A DNA stretch of 44,789 bases from Promethearchaeia archaeon (GCA_046483985.1 JAWOCD010000095.1:1-44789), one strand, 5' to 3'. Positions 1 through 10,169 are shown, counted from the stretch's first letter. Program-made: numbers and translations. Notes: a model not told the origin generated them from the sequence alone.

Positions 1-76
1 GAGATTTTACACAACAGATGTAATGGTAGTTTAATGAATACACCGAATGAGCACCTTTATCAAGTTCGTATCCCAT
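1..76 (-). CDS. tnpA: IS200/IS605 Y1 transposase TnpA, 5' end (runs off the window, may be degraded)
   Basis: Minus strand from ATG at 76 reads MGYELDKGAHSVYSLNYHYICCVKS, matching the TnpA N-terminal 'HSVYxLxYHxxxxxKYR' pattern; an IS left-end hairpin lies directly upstream. Confidence 0.8.
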   Translation of the reverse strand, partial: MGYELDKGAHSVYSLNYHYICCVKS

Positions 77-186
77 TCTATTCACTTGGTTACTAAGATA
101 ATACCAAAAACCAAATATAAAAATGTTTGTATAATATACGAAATTCATCCCCTCCCTAAAGGGATGGGGACTTCTTTCGCAGATCG
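1..186 (-). mobile_element. IS200/IS605 element left end
   Basis: Subterminal imperfect hairpin AATTCATCCCCTCCCTAAAGGGATGGGGACTTCT (~143-176); TTTAA target-like motif at 187-191 on the minus strand. Confidence 0.8.
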
Positions 187-189
187 TTA

Positions 190-310
190 AATCATCTAAT
201 TTGGTAAAAATAGTTGTTGCTTTTCCTTCTAGGAAAATATCCGTCGTACTTTTTGTATATTTTGAAGGTTTGATATTAACTTCAATGAATTTTGCATCAT
301 GATCTTGAGA
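190..310 (-). pseudogene. Remnant of a Sir2/CobB deacylase 3' end
   Basis: Reads SQDHDAKFIEVNIKPSKYTKSTTDIFLEGKATTIFTKLDDL, resembling the sirtuin C-terminus 'GAxIIEINxxPS...DIFLxGKA'; the rest of the gene is absent. Confidence 0.55.
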
Positions 311-475
311 CTTTTTCATATTCATTTTTATTCAAAATTTATCACTTTTTTATAAGTTGAGTAATATGCTATAACTATAATTTTTATAAGAGAGAATTTA
401 CCTTTATTAATTGTAATAGAATCGAATAATTATTCATAACTTTAAAAACTAATGTATTGGAGATGATATATAAGT

Positions 476-790
476 ATGCCTAGAGGAGACCAAACAGGTC
501 CGACCGGCCAAGGTCCTATGACCGGACGCGGACTCGGAATATGTTCCGGATCAGCTACCCCTGGATTCGTTAATCAAGGAATCGGATTGGCTGGAAGAAC
601 GAGAAATCCACAAAGCGCTAATGTTGGCTTAAATCGATCCACAGCAGTTAGCGGGAGTCGTTCTGCTGGAGGAGGTGGTAAACGCGGAAGAGGTGGATCA
701 CGACGGGGTAGACGCGGAGGGAAAGGATTCGGAAGACCGAAAGGCGGTCGTGGTCGCGGCCAAGGACGAGGTCGCGGACGCCGTCGCTAA
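476..790 (+). CDS. DUF5320-family Gly/Arg-rich small protein
   Basis: N-terminus MPRGDQTGPTGQGPMTGRGLGIC and RG-rich tail; GGAG SD-like motif upstream. Confidence 0.8.
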   Translation: MPRGDQTGPTGQGPMTGRGLGICSGSATPGFVNQGIGLAGRTRNPQSANVGLNRSTAVSGSRSAGGGGKRGRGGSRRGRRGGKGFGRPKGGRGRGQGRGRGRRR

Positions 791-846
791 TTTCTTTTTT
801 TATAATTCTAAAATTTTTTAACAATTCTGCGCCTACCTTTATTATC

Positions 847-1824
847 TTGAGCAATCAAAATTTCAAAAAGGGAATCGGTTTTGGCATAGCGGGAGTCATT
901 TTGATTGGACTACAACCTATAGTTGCAAATTCCCGTCCAGACACATTAGATTCTTATTTATTTGCCGCGATGACGGTTCTTATTGAGGCCTTTATTTTCT
1001 TACCCTTATTTCTCTTTGAACGTCGTCGGTTTAAAAAGAAGATTGATGGTAAAGATGCCCTAATCAATAGTTCTCAATCAATTGAGGATTATGAGCGTCT
1101 TTTAAATGGTTGGAAATTAAAAAAAAACATAGTTCTTGTATTATATGTTGGTTTAACTTTTGCTATCGCCCAAATTCTATTCTTTTTTGGATATAAAAAA
1201 GCGGGAGCAATAAACGGTTCGCTTTCTCAGAAAACTACTGTGGTTTTTGGGTTGCTCTTCGGATTTCTGATCAATAAAGAAGATGTTAACTATGTACAGG
1301 TAATTTTCTCATTTGTTTTATTATTTGGGTTGACCATTGCCATCACGGAAGGATCATTGAATCTCTTAGATCTTAATCTGGGAGTTCTTACGCTTGTTTT
1401 TGTCGCGATGATGTGGATGCTTGCGCATTCCTTGACAAAACCAATCTTTGATAATAATGAGGGAACACAGACATTTGTAGTAGCTAGTCGAAGTACAGTT
1501 GGAGCAATCTTTTTGCTCTCCACATATTTCTTATTTTACCCTCTTGAAAATATAACTCTATTTTTTGAGCCCATAAACATCTCCTATTTTCTTTTGATGG
1601 GAGCAGATTATGGTTTTGGTTTATTCTGCTGGTACAAAGTGTTGGCATATCTGGGAACTTCAAAAGGAAGTGTCATGGTTTCGGGAACTCCATTAATCAC
1701 TTCCTTATTTTCAAGTATTTTTCTCGGGGAACAATTCACCTTCTTTCATTTAATTGGCTTGCTATTGGTTATTTGTTCGATTATAGTGATTGTAATGCAA
1801 GAGGAGAAGGAAAAAGAATATTGA
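847..1824 (+). CDS. DMT/EamA-family transporter
   Basis: About 10 TM segments, two EamA repeats, C-terminal 'S.FLGEQFTFFHLIGLLLVI'. Confidence 0.85.
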   Translation: MSNQNFKKGIGFGIAGVILIGLQPIVANSRPDTLDSYLFAAMTVLIEAFIFLPLFLFERRRFKKKIDGKDALINSSQSIEDYERLLNGWKLKKNIVLVLYVGLTFAIAQILFFFGYKKAGAINGSLSQKTTVVFGLLFGFLINKEDVNYVQVIFSFVLLFGLTIAITEGSLNLLDLNLGVLTLVFVAMMWMLAHSLTKPIFDNNEGTQTFVVASRSTVGAIFLLSTYFLFYPLENITLFFEPINISYFLLMGADYGFGLFCWYKVLAYLGTSKGSVMVSGTPLITSLFSSIFLGEQFTFFHLIGLLLVICSIIVIVMQEEKEKEY

Positions 1825-2765
1825 AGCAAAGAAATCTTATTAAGGGGATCATTTATACTCTCATATCACTCCTCTTTGTCTCATTTCAACCGATCATTAC
1901 TAACGCCAGACCAGAAGAGTTGGATGCCTTTTTGTTTGCCGCAACTATACCTGCATTGTCGAGGTCATACTTTTTTTACCGATGGTGATTATTGAGACTA
2001 AAGTAATAGTAAGCCGAATGAAAAAAGAGAACGACACAAATCCAAAACAAAGCAATGATTTCCACCCGCTCAAAAACTTAGGTGAACACAAGCTATTTTT
2101 GCTTTATATAGGTCTTAATTTTGGGACCGCCCAAGTCTTATATTTTATTGCCTATAAACGGAAGCTTAGCCCAGCAAACCACTATTTTATTCGGGGTTCT
2201 GTTTGGCTTTCTAATTCTCAAAGAAAGGCCCACAAAAATTCAAGTTTTGTTTTCTTTTATTCTTTTAACTGGGTTAATTTTCGCTGTAACCAAGGGACAA
2301 TTTGACTTGATTGAGTTGAATTTTGGAGTAATCTTGATGCTGTTTGTGACGGGTCTCTGGATGTTTGCTCATTCATTAAGTCGGAATGTTTTTTCTCAGA
2401 ATAAAATCACGCCCATCCAATTGGCTTTCATCAGAAATATGGTAAGCGGTTTCTTTCTTATACTTTTGTACCTTATCTTTTTCCCTATGACAAATTTCGG
2501 TCTAATTCTTAAGCCCATTAATTTAATATTCATAATATTAATGGGAATCGGGTATGGGTTAGATGTACTTTTTTGGTATCTATCACTAAAATATATTGAA
2601 GTAGGCAAGGCCACAGTTATAGTCAGTCCGATGCCTATCCTCACCGCATTGTTAGCATTTACCATTCTAGGTGAACAATTTACCATTTACCATTTAATTG
2701 GGGGCCTAGTTATTATTATTTCAATCATAATTATCGTAACCCAAAAGCAAAAAAACCCAAGGTAG
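1821..2765 (+). pseudogene. Second EamA/DMT paralog broken by two frameshifts (~1945 and ~2155)
   Basis: ORFs 1773-1988, 1982-2305 and 2121-2765 align consecutively to the upstream paralog (QPIITNARP, LYIGLNF, INGSLAQQTT, ILGEQFTIYHLIG); the TTG start overlaps the upstream stop. Confidence 0.8.
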
Positions 2766-2840
2766 CCAAAATTTTTTGATTATTTGGAAAAGATTTATAT
2801 TGGTAAGTTTTCTAATTAAAATTGTTACCTTTATAGAGAG

Positions 2841-3497
2841 GTGATTATTTTGGAAAACCTTAAAAATGTCCAAAAGGAGAGAAAAGAGGAAAAAATTTCA
2901 GAGGACGCTGAATTAGGGATCCCTCCGATACCAGCCCCGAAGAAGCAGCCCCCTATTCCCATCAACAAAAAAAAGATCCCAAAAAAATTCAGGAAAGAGA
3001 TAAAGGAATTAAAGGATAAAGGACAAAATCCTCTATTGGTAAAATGTAAGCGATGTAATGAGCATTTTTTAGTTTCTATCCCTGATGATGATTTAAATTT
3101 CGCAGATGAAAAAAGTCTGGCAGTAGTATTTGTACATGAAAATGAGAAAGACAAGGGGAGAAAACATGCACTCCTATTCGAAGTGGACAGAGCCCATAAT
3201 ATTTCTCTTCTTAAAACAGCAGATGTTATAATGACAAGCAAGGATGACCAATATATTAATGAGGAGGAAAAAAGCCAAGGATATAAAATAGTGGGAGTTT
3301 ATTGTCGAATATGCGAATCCTTGGTACATCTTCACGTTCCCAAAAGTCTACTCGAAAATAGCCCTCTTTCTAAAATTCCCGTTGTCTATATCCATAAAAA
3401 GAAAAAAGAGCAAAAAGCACATGGATTGATAATATTTATCGATAGATTTGCCTCTATGAGAGATCACCATTTAGCAGATGTCCTTATAGGAAGATAA
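2841..3497 (+). CDS. Hypothetical protein with two tandem CxxC...H...H putative Zn-binding domains
   Basis: Internal repeat VKCKRC..VVFVH..KHALLFEVDR / VYCRIC..VVYIH..AHGLIIFIDR; GAGAGG SD-like motif. Confidence 0.75.
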   Translation: MIILENLKNVQKERKEEKISEDAELGIPPIPAPKKQPPIPINKKKIPKKFRKEIKELKDKGQNPLLVKCKRCNEHFLVSIPDDDLNFADEKSLAVVFVHENEKDKGRKHALLFEVDRAHNISLLKTADVIMTSKDDQYINEEEKSQGYKIVGVYCRICESLVHLHVPKSLLENSPLSKIPVVYIHKKKKEQKAHGLIIFIDRFASMRDHHLADVLIGR

Positions 3498-3677
3498 TCT
3501 GCATCAATCCGTATGATTACACTTTAGTTATGAAATATCTTTCACAAATCAATCTATGAATAATTATTGAAAAGTATAAATAGATTATGATAATTTCTTA
3601 GATGTGTCTTGTTATTTAAATCATTTTAAAAAAGAAAAATTTCTGTCTTTTATTTATTAGGAAGGTAGGTAATTAAG

Positions 3678-4127
3678 GTGGGAAAACTAGAAGAGAAATT
3701 ATTCCCAATTCGAGTAAATCCTGAATTTTGCATTCGTTGCCAGAGGTGTCAGTATTCTTGTCCTCAAAAAGCGATTTTCTTCAAGGATTCAAAGCGTTGT
3801 GTGGATTATAACAAGTGTAAGGGATGTCTTAAATGCGTAGAGGTCTGTGAGCATGGTGCAATTGAGGTTGAGAGTTTTTATGGACAGAAATTGGTAAATC
3901 TCTCAATTGATCAAAAAAAATGCCAAATGTGTAAAAAATGCGTTTCAGACAATTTCTGTTATGGAGAACATAGAGTTATGTTTAAAATCAAGAAAAATGA
4001 AGAAGGAGAAGAGTATATCTCCCTTCATTTTGATTTAAAGTTATGTAAAAAATGTCTCAAATGTTTAGATAAATGTATACCTAATGCTATTATTCCTGAA
4101 TTCTCAGATAATAAATTCCAAGAATAA
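3678..4127 (+). CDS. 4Fe-4S dicluster (poly)ferredoxin
   Basis: Four CxxCxxC-type motifs (CIRCQRCQYSCP, CKGCLKCVEVCE, CQMCKKC, CKKCLKCLDKCIP). Confidence 0.9.
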   Translation: MGKLEEKLFPIRVNPEFCIRCQRCQYSCPQKAIFFKDSKRCVDYNKCKGCLKCVEVCEHGAIEVESFYGQKLVNLSIDQKKCQMCKKCVSDNFCYGEHRVMFKIKKNEEGEEYISLHFDLKLCKKCLKCLDKCIPNAIIPEFSDNKFQE

Positions 4128-4290
4128 AATAAAATTTAGCTGAAAATAGGAGTTATTTTTTTTATAGATCTTCCTTGTTCGAACATATTCCTATGGCTAA
4201 AATAAGCGATTGCTAAAAATTTAATAGCCTTTTTTCATAAATTTCAAAATATATTCTTAATTATCATATTATAAGAAGTGATTTTATCGT

Positions 4291-4641
4291 ATGGCAAGAA
4301 AACATAATGAACAGGAAAAAATTACACGTGTAAAATATCCAAATCGTAGGATGGGTGAAATGTATGGAAGGGTCATTGAAATTTATGGGCAAGAACGAAT
4401 GCAAGTTTACTGTGAGGATGGAAAACATCGTATGGGTCGGATCCGAGGAAAAATTAAAAAGCGAGTCTGGATTCGAAAAGGAGATTTGGTTATAGTAAAT
4501 CCTTGGGACTTTGAAACAGAAATAGAGGGGAAAATGGGCAAATGTGAGGTCTCATGGCGTTATAGAAAGAATGAGATTAATTGGCTCAAGCGGCACGGCA
4601 AGCTGCCGAGGAAAATGGACATTAACAATATCCCTCTTTAG
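4291..4641 (+). CDS. eif1A: Translation initiation factor aIF-1A
   Basis: OB-fold signature VYCEDGKHRMGRIRGKIKKRVWIRKGDLVIVNPWDF. Confidence 0.95.
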   Translation: MARKHNEQEKITRVKYPNRRMGEMYGRVIEIYGQERMQVYCEDGKHRMGRIRGKIKKRVWIRKGDLVIVNPWDFETEIEGKMGKCEVSWRYRKNEINWLKRHGKLPRKMDINNIPL

Positions 4642-4779
4642 AAATAAGTTTTTGAGATTTTTAGGTTTCTGTTCATCTTAAGTTTCCAGATATTGTTATT
4701 CTTAATTATTTTATTTTCAAATTTATCCTTTAGAAATATCAGATAAATAATATTAATGAAAGAGATAGGAAAAATCAGA

Positions 4780-5001
4780 TCACCCCAAAGGAATGGTGAA
4801 TTTGATTATACATTTTAAGGATATTTATGCTTCCCCCTACATCTCGGTCATCTCGATACCTGCATTCCCTACACTTGATACTCTATCGTTCGGTTTTACT
4901 TTAGATTGACACTCTGGATAAGTGGATGAAAAATTCATCCCGACCTGAAGTACGGGTTATTTTTTAGGGCTAAAGGACGGTGTTTTCTTTTGCCGTCTAT
5001 G
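4780..5001 (-). mobile_element. IS605/IS1341 remnant: left end joined to a tnpB 3' fragment
   Basis: Left-end hairpin with TTTAT motif (5002-5006, minus); minus strand ~4800-4918 encodes PECQSKVKPNDRV/KCRECRYRDDRDVGGSINILKMYNQ (TnpB Zn ribbon and RuvC-III DRD motif, one frameshift). Confidence 0.8.
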
Positions 5002-5032
5002 ATAAAAAGAAAAAATTAAAATAATTATTTAT

Positions 5033-6352
5033 TTATTTATTCCTATTTTTTTGTTCTTCTTTTTGGTCCACAAGTAAGTAGCCAACGCACAATTCTAGTG
5101 CATTCTCCAAAGCACCCTCATCAATTATATCCGGTGTGTCGGAGGGCTGATGGTAAAATTGCACGAATTTTTTAAGTTCCATGGAAGAAAGATTACTCGC
5201 CTTAATACCAGCTTTAGAAAATGCCGTTGTATCAGTACCACCACTTATTTGTCCGACAAACTTTTCTAAAGGTCCTTCACCGAAAGGTTTGGCGTTCACA
5301 TCGACCAGCTCACTAGCCTCCTTTAGTTTTTCTACCAGAATTGGAGAGTGCTTTGTTCTCGTCGTGGGTTCGTATTGAATTATTTGGATCGTTTTTTTTG
5401 ATTGTATTCCATCCATATTTACCACTTCCGTGTCATAGTTCTTCAACTCGTCTAAATGCCTTTCCACATATCGATAAGCACCTCGTAATCCCGCCTCTTC
5501 TGATCCAAATGCAATTAAGCGTATTTCTGTATTCTCTGGAATAATTTCAGGGTGTTCCGTTAAATATTTTCCCAAGCCGAGGACGACTGATACCGCGCTT
5601 AAATTATCCACAGCTCCAGGGACCTTATTCGCTTTTTCACCAGAAGAGACAAAAAAAAATAGGGAGATTAACGGAATTGCCCCAATAATTAATGTCCATA
5701 AAGCAATTGAGTTAAACCAAGTAAACTGAACCATAAAAGAGAAAAGCAATTGTCCCATCGTCAGTATGAAAATCACCATAGACAAAAATATCCAGAAGAA
5801 CATAACGCCCAACCCCCAAAAGAGGATAACGGGATAAAAATATTTTAAATATCTAAGGAGATTAAACTGCAATGCACTATCATGATGACCAGAAAAAATA
5901 ATGATCTTTTTTGGCTCTTTACTCGATGATTTTATCTTCCCGACAACATTCCGTGAGGTCTTTTTTTTAAAAAGAGGATCTACAAATTCCTCATAATTAA
6001 AAAACTCCTTCCAGATGATTATAAAGGCTATGAACCCGAAACCAAAGGAAAGTGCGGTCAAGATATACGGGAAAATGGAAAAATTAAGAAGATTAAGGAG
6101 GAAAAAGCATCCTAAAGATGCGAGTATTAAGAAAACATCTATCCTAATCCATCCAAGAAATGCTCTAGGATGAAGTTGAAATTGTTCAATCTTGGTTTCG
6201 TCAGTGACTTTTCCCATCTCTCCTTCTATAATTTCTGCCCCTTTTGCTTCTTGGGGGCTGCCTGGCATTCTGCACCCTGCCTCATCAATTACTTTTTGAA
6301 TTATTCCATGCATATAGCCCGAGATTTCATCAGAAATTACAATTTTTTTCAT
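5033..6352 (-). CDS. M28-family membrane metallopeptidase
   Basis: SGHHDS, GAVDNLSA, SEEAGLRGA, GGTD and YHQPSD motifs with inserted TM segments. Confidence 0.9.
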   Translation of the reverse strand: MKKIVISDEISGYMHGIIQKVIDEAGCRMPGSPQEAKGAEIIEGEMGKVTDETKIEQFQLHPRAFLGWIRIDVFLILASLGCFFLLNLLNFSIFPYILTALSFGFGFIAFIIIWKEFFNYEEFVDPLFKKKTSRNVVGKIKSSSKEPKKIIIFSGHHDSALQFNLLRYLKYFYPVILFWGLGVMFFWIFLSMVIFILTMGQLLFSFMVQFTWFNSIALWTLIIGAIPLISLFFFVSSGEKANKVPGAVDNLSAVSVVLGLGKYLTEHPEIIPENTEIRLIAFGSEEAGLRGAYRYVERHLDELKNYDTEVVNMDGIQSKKTIQIIQYEPTTRTKHSPILVEKLKEASELVDVNAKPFGEGPLEKFVGQISGGTDTTAFSKAGIKASNLSSMELKKFVQFYHQPSDTPDIIDEGALENALELCVGYLLVDQKEEQKNRNK

Positions 6353-6595
6353 CTAATTATCCACCACATTTTTAGAAGCAAAATAAAATATAATTAGTTT
6401 TATTAGACTTTATTTTTAAATAAAATTTATTTAACTCGACTCAATTATTTTTATTATTATATTAATGGATGGATTAATTACTTTTATTGGATGAAAAAAT
6501 TACTTAAATTTTTAAAACTATATATTCTTAAAGTTTCTATCTAATAATATATGTTTTTCTAATAAAAGATAAATATATTATAGTGATATATTGGA

Positions 6596-7444
6596 ATGAG
6601 CGATGGAGAGAGTTCAAAAGAATTGGAAGTTACATGTCCAATTTGTGAAACGGTAAAATCTATCAATGTTCCAGCCTCTGTTTTTAAACAAAAAAAATTT
6701 GGTACAATTAAGATACAGATTCCTCCTGGGGCAGTATGCAAACATCAGTTCATCTGTTTTGTGGATCCAAAAGGGATAATCAGAGGTTATGAAAGAATAG
6801 ATTTGATGATGAGTACACCCGATCAAGCAAAAGAGAAAACGGAAAAGGGGGATATAAATCTAAATACTTTAATGCGGATGTATGGTACTTATGGACTATT
6901 AAGTCTAATTCATGCTAAGATCTTTGATTTTCCTCATTTCATCATACGTACTGAGGAATCAAAAGACATTTCTGATATTTTGAACAAAATGGGAAATAGG
7001 ATCCTACCAGAGGAATATAGAGGAACCAGTAAAGTCCACTTCCTAGAGCCAGAGGAGGTTGATGATTTTGATAATGAAGATGCACTTTTGATTGGGGGAC
7101 AAAAACAGATTCTACAAACACCATGGGAAGAGAACTTGGATTTTGAACAAAAAATAGTGGAAAAAGCAAGGAACATTATTAACGAAGATGAACAAATCCT
7201 CATTTTACAGCAGGAAATAAGAAAGTTAATCGAAGAGACGAAGAGTTCAGTGGAAATATTAAAAAATTTAAAAAAGGAAATTTACGAGGATAAATTCATT
7301 AAAAAACTGTCAAAAAAAACAGGTAAACCAAAAATTGATCATAACCGGTTAGTTTTAATCAAACAATTTATTCGACGGCGTATTTCAGAAAAACTGGCAA
7401 AAAAGATCAAAAATAAAGTAGAAGAATTTATGAGTTTACTGTAA
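6596..7444 (+). CDS. Hypothetical protein with N-terminal CxxC...C-H putative Zn-binding domain
   Basis: VTCPIC...VCKHQFICFVD; long ORF with TATA-like element upstream. Confidence 0.75.
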   Translation: MSDGESSKELEVTCPICETVKSINVPASVFKQKKFGTIKIQIPPGAVCKHQFICFVDPKGIIRGYERIDLMMSTPDQAKEKTEKGDINLNTLMRMYGTYGLLSLIHAKIFDFPHFIIRTEESKDISDILNKMGNRILPEEYRGTSKVHFLEPEEVDDFDNEDALLIGGQKQILQTPWEENLDFEQKIVEKARNIINEDEQILILQQEIRKLIEETKSSVEILKNLKKEIYEDKFIKKLSKKTGKPKIDHNRLVLIKQFIRRRISEKLAKKIKNKVEEFMSLL

Positions 7445-7477
7445 TCCTCCAAATAGAAAAATTAACGAGTTACTGAA

Positions 7478-7524
7478 CGAAAATCCCCGCCCCCGAAGGT
7501 CGGAATTTTATTTTGCCTTTAATG
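7478..7524 (-). repeat. Solo IS200/IS605 left-end remnant
   Basis: Shares TTTTGCCTTTAATGATAAA with 17688-17706 and carries a degenerate subterminal hairpin. Confidence 0.65.
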
Positions 7525-7652
7525 ATAAAAAACATATTATCACGTAGGATGCCGATATTTTCACTTTAATTATTGCATTTTATGCATTTTAAATGATAAA
7601 AATATAATAAGTATTTTTCATAAGTTTTACTAAAACAACAATAATTTAAAGA

Positions 7653-8459
7653 GTGATAAAATTGGTCCAAAAAGTAGGAGGCTGGGGATTTAGGAACCGA
7701 CTCTCACGAATCATTCAACCTGAATCTGGCCATTGTGTGATGTTTGCCGTTGATCATGGTTATTTTGGGAATATCCCCGGTCAATTAAAACAGTTTACGG
7801 ATTTAAGTCCATTATTTGAGTATGCTGATGCCTTAATGCTTACACGTGGAATGTTGCGAAATTGTGTGGATGCAGAATTAGATATACCAATCGTTTTACG
7901 GGTCTCTGCAGGTGCTAGTATGCTCAAGGAACTATCAAATGAAGAAATTAATGTCTCCATTGAAGAAGCCATTCGGTTAAACGTATCGGCTATGACTTGT
8001 TCTATCTTTATAGGTGGCGAATATGAAAAGCAGAGTTTGATGAACTTGTCAAAAATAATTAACTGGGGTCAACAATACGGGATTCCCACATTAGCAGTTA
8101 CGGCTGTCGGAAGAGATATGGGCAAAGATGCACGATATCTTGGTATGGCAAGTAGAATGGCAGCAGAGATAGGCGCATCTTTCGTAAAAACATATTACTG
8201 TGAGGAGTTCGAAAAGGTTACTAATATGTGCCAAGTCCCAGTGGTTATAGCGGGCGGTAAAAAAATCGCAGAAAGAGATGCCCTTCAAAAGGCAAAGAAT
8301 GCAATTGACAAAGGGGCGATCGGCGTTGACATGGGACGGAACATATTTCAATCTGACAGTCCTATTGGGATGATTAAGGGTGTACGAGAAATCGTCCATA
8401 ATGGGGTCTCCGTAGACGAGGCTTATGAAGTGTATGAAAATAGTCCTAAAGGACTCTAA
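7653..8459 (+). CDS. lsrF: LsrF-like thiolase / DhnA-type class I aldolase
   Basis: WGFRNRLSRII, FAVDHGYF, VTAVG, FVKTYY, VVIAGGKK, GVDMGRNIFQS. Confidence 0.8.
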   Translation: MIKLVQKVGGWGFRNRLSRIIQPESGHCVMFAVDHGYFGNIPGQLKQFTDLSPLFEYADALMLTRGMLRNCVDAELDIPIVLRVSAGASMLKELSNEEINVSIEEAIRLNVSAMTCSIFIGGEYEKQSLMNLSKIINWGQQYGIPTLAVTAVGRDMGKDARYLGMASRMAAEIGASFVKTYYCEEFEKVTNMCQVPVVIAGGKKIAERDALQKAKNAIDKGAIGVDMGRNIFQSDSPIGMIKGVREIVHNGVSVDEAYEVYENSPKGL

Positions 8460-8560
8460 TTTTTTTTATTATTTTTCAGATCTTTCTTTTAGTCTAAAAG
8501 AACGCTCTTGACAGAATATTAATTCCATATACTCCTTAATGAAAAGGAAATGTGACTCAA

Positions 8561-9610
8561 TTATCCTTTGGAAGGTTCTAGAACAACCTTTAAGGATTTT
8601 CCGGCTTCAGATACGAGTTTAAAGGCTTTTCCTATTTGACTTAAGGGAAAACGATGAGTTATCAAGTCATCGACTTCGATCTTGTTGGATTTTATCCATT
8701 CGTAAGATTCATCCAGATCTTCAGGAGCCGCTCCATAAGAAGTCGTAATGGTAACTTCATTTCTCCAATATTCATTAATGGGAATTGGAAGATCTATGCC
8801 GGGTTTTGGAACTGCAAAAAAGATAACAGTGCTTCCAGGACCCACACAATTTAATGCCTGCTCAGCGGCGGGTAAGGCTCCTGTACAAACAATGATAACA
8901 TCGGGCATTCTTCCCTCATTAAGGCTTTTAATTTTAGGAAGGATATCTTCAGTAGCATCGAGAGCCTTAGTAGCGCCCATCTTTTCGGCCATTTTCAGCC
9001 GATATTCGTTAATATCCGTGGTAAACACTTTTTCAACTCCTTTTGCTTTTGCAAGTTTTAAATGTAATAGACCCGAAACGCCAGAACCCAAAATTAGAAC
9101 GGTTTGCTCTTGCCGAATATTTACAATCCTCTGAGCCCGACATACACAGCCGAGCGGTTCAATAAATACCCCTTGTTCATAGGAAATCTCATCATCTAAT
9201 ACATATACTCCCTTTTTTTCAATATTAATATGAGGGATTCTTACATATTCTGCAAAACCTCCAGGATCATAATTTGTGTTATGAAGGAGATCACAAGCGG
9301 TATGATGGCCTAATTTACAGTAGTGACATTCAAAGCAAGGAACATGATGAGAAACAAATACTCTGTCTCCTTTTTCAACTTCTGAAACATCCTTTCCGAC
9401 CTTTGCCACTTCTCCCGTCATTTCATGCCCTAATATAAGGTAGTCTACACCCAGTCGTTCCATCTTGCCCAATCGATAGTATTCCAAAATATCAGACCCA
9501 CATATACCAGACTTTATCACCTTCACTAAAAACTCATCGGCGGCGATTTCTGGAATAGCAATCTCATCTGACCGAACATCATTGTTATTATAATATTTTC
9601 CAACTTTCAT
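8561..9610 (-). CDS. Zn-dependent medium-chain dehydrogenase (iditol/threonine dehydrogenase-like)
   Basis: GICGSD, LGHE, structural CxxCxxC...C, GSGVSG Rossmann motif. Confidence 0.9.
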   Translation of the reverse strand: MKVGKYYNNNDVRSDEIAIPEIAADEFLVKVIKSGICGSDILEYYRLGKMERLGVDYLILGHEMTGEVAKVGKDVSEVEKGDRVFVSHHVPCFECHYCKLGHHTACDLLHNTNYDPGGFAEYVRIPHINIEKKGVYVLDDEISYEQGVFIEPLGCVCRAQRIVNIRQEQTVLILGSGVSGLLHLKLAKAKGVEKVFTTDINEYRLKMAEKMGATKALDATEDILPKIKSLNEGRMPDVIIVCTGALPAAEQALNCVGPGSTVIFFAVPKPGIDLPIPINEYWRNEVTITTSYGAAPEDLDESYEWIKSNKIEVDDLITHRFPLSQIGKAFKLVSEAGKSLKVVLEPSKG

Positions 9611-9811
9611 AGATGTATTAAATTATAAATTGCATAAAAAGTCTTGAAAATCAGATTTTTTAAATTTTTGACAAAGAGATTTTTGGGGATTTTACGGAAT
9701 ATAAAAAACAAAAAAAATGTTGAAAGGTTATTGGATTTCAGATATTGCCAATAATGGACTGCTTTTTATTGGGGATCTTTTACTCCTTATGGTAATTTCT
9801 ATAGCTTAATC

Positions 9812-10015
9812 TCAATCCCGATGCTTTAAACTGCTGCGAACAATCACTTCAAAATTATCCTCATTCAATTCCTCGTACATGTTGATTTCATCTTTTAAAA
9901 AATCGGATAATGCTACACGAATTGCCTCACTTCTAGAAGGATATACGCCCAGATCGGTCAAAACTTTAATTGCATTTAAATACCGTTCGGAAAGATTAAT
10001 TGTAATTATTTTCAT
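9812..10015 (-). CDS. Ribbon-helix-helix (CopG/MetJ) regulator
   Basis: MKIITINLSERYL...YPSRSEAIRVAL. Confidence 0.85.
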   Translation of the reverse strand: MKIITINLSERYLNAIKVLTDLGVYPSRSEAIRVALSDFLKDEINMYEELNEDNFEVIVRSSLKHRD

Positions 10016-10105
10016 AAGATGCGTTCACTATTTAAAAGTCTAATTTCGAGTTGTATTTAAGAAAATTTGGGTACTTATTGTTTTATTTTGTCGGATTCCT
10101 TATAA

Positions 10106-10169
10106 ATTAATGGGAAGGATAATATTAATAGATTAATGAAAAATATTAACAGATTAATGGTATTAATGG
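10106..10169. promoter_or_regulatory. Tandem direct repeats, putative RHH operator
   Basis: AATATTAA(T/C)AGATTAATG at 10121-10138 and 10142-10159, plus further ATTAATGG units, upstream of the RHH gene. Confidence 0.35.
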
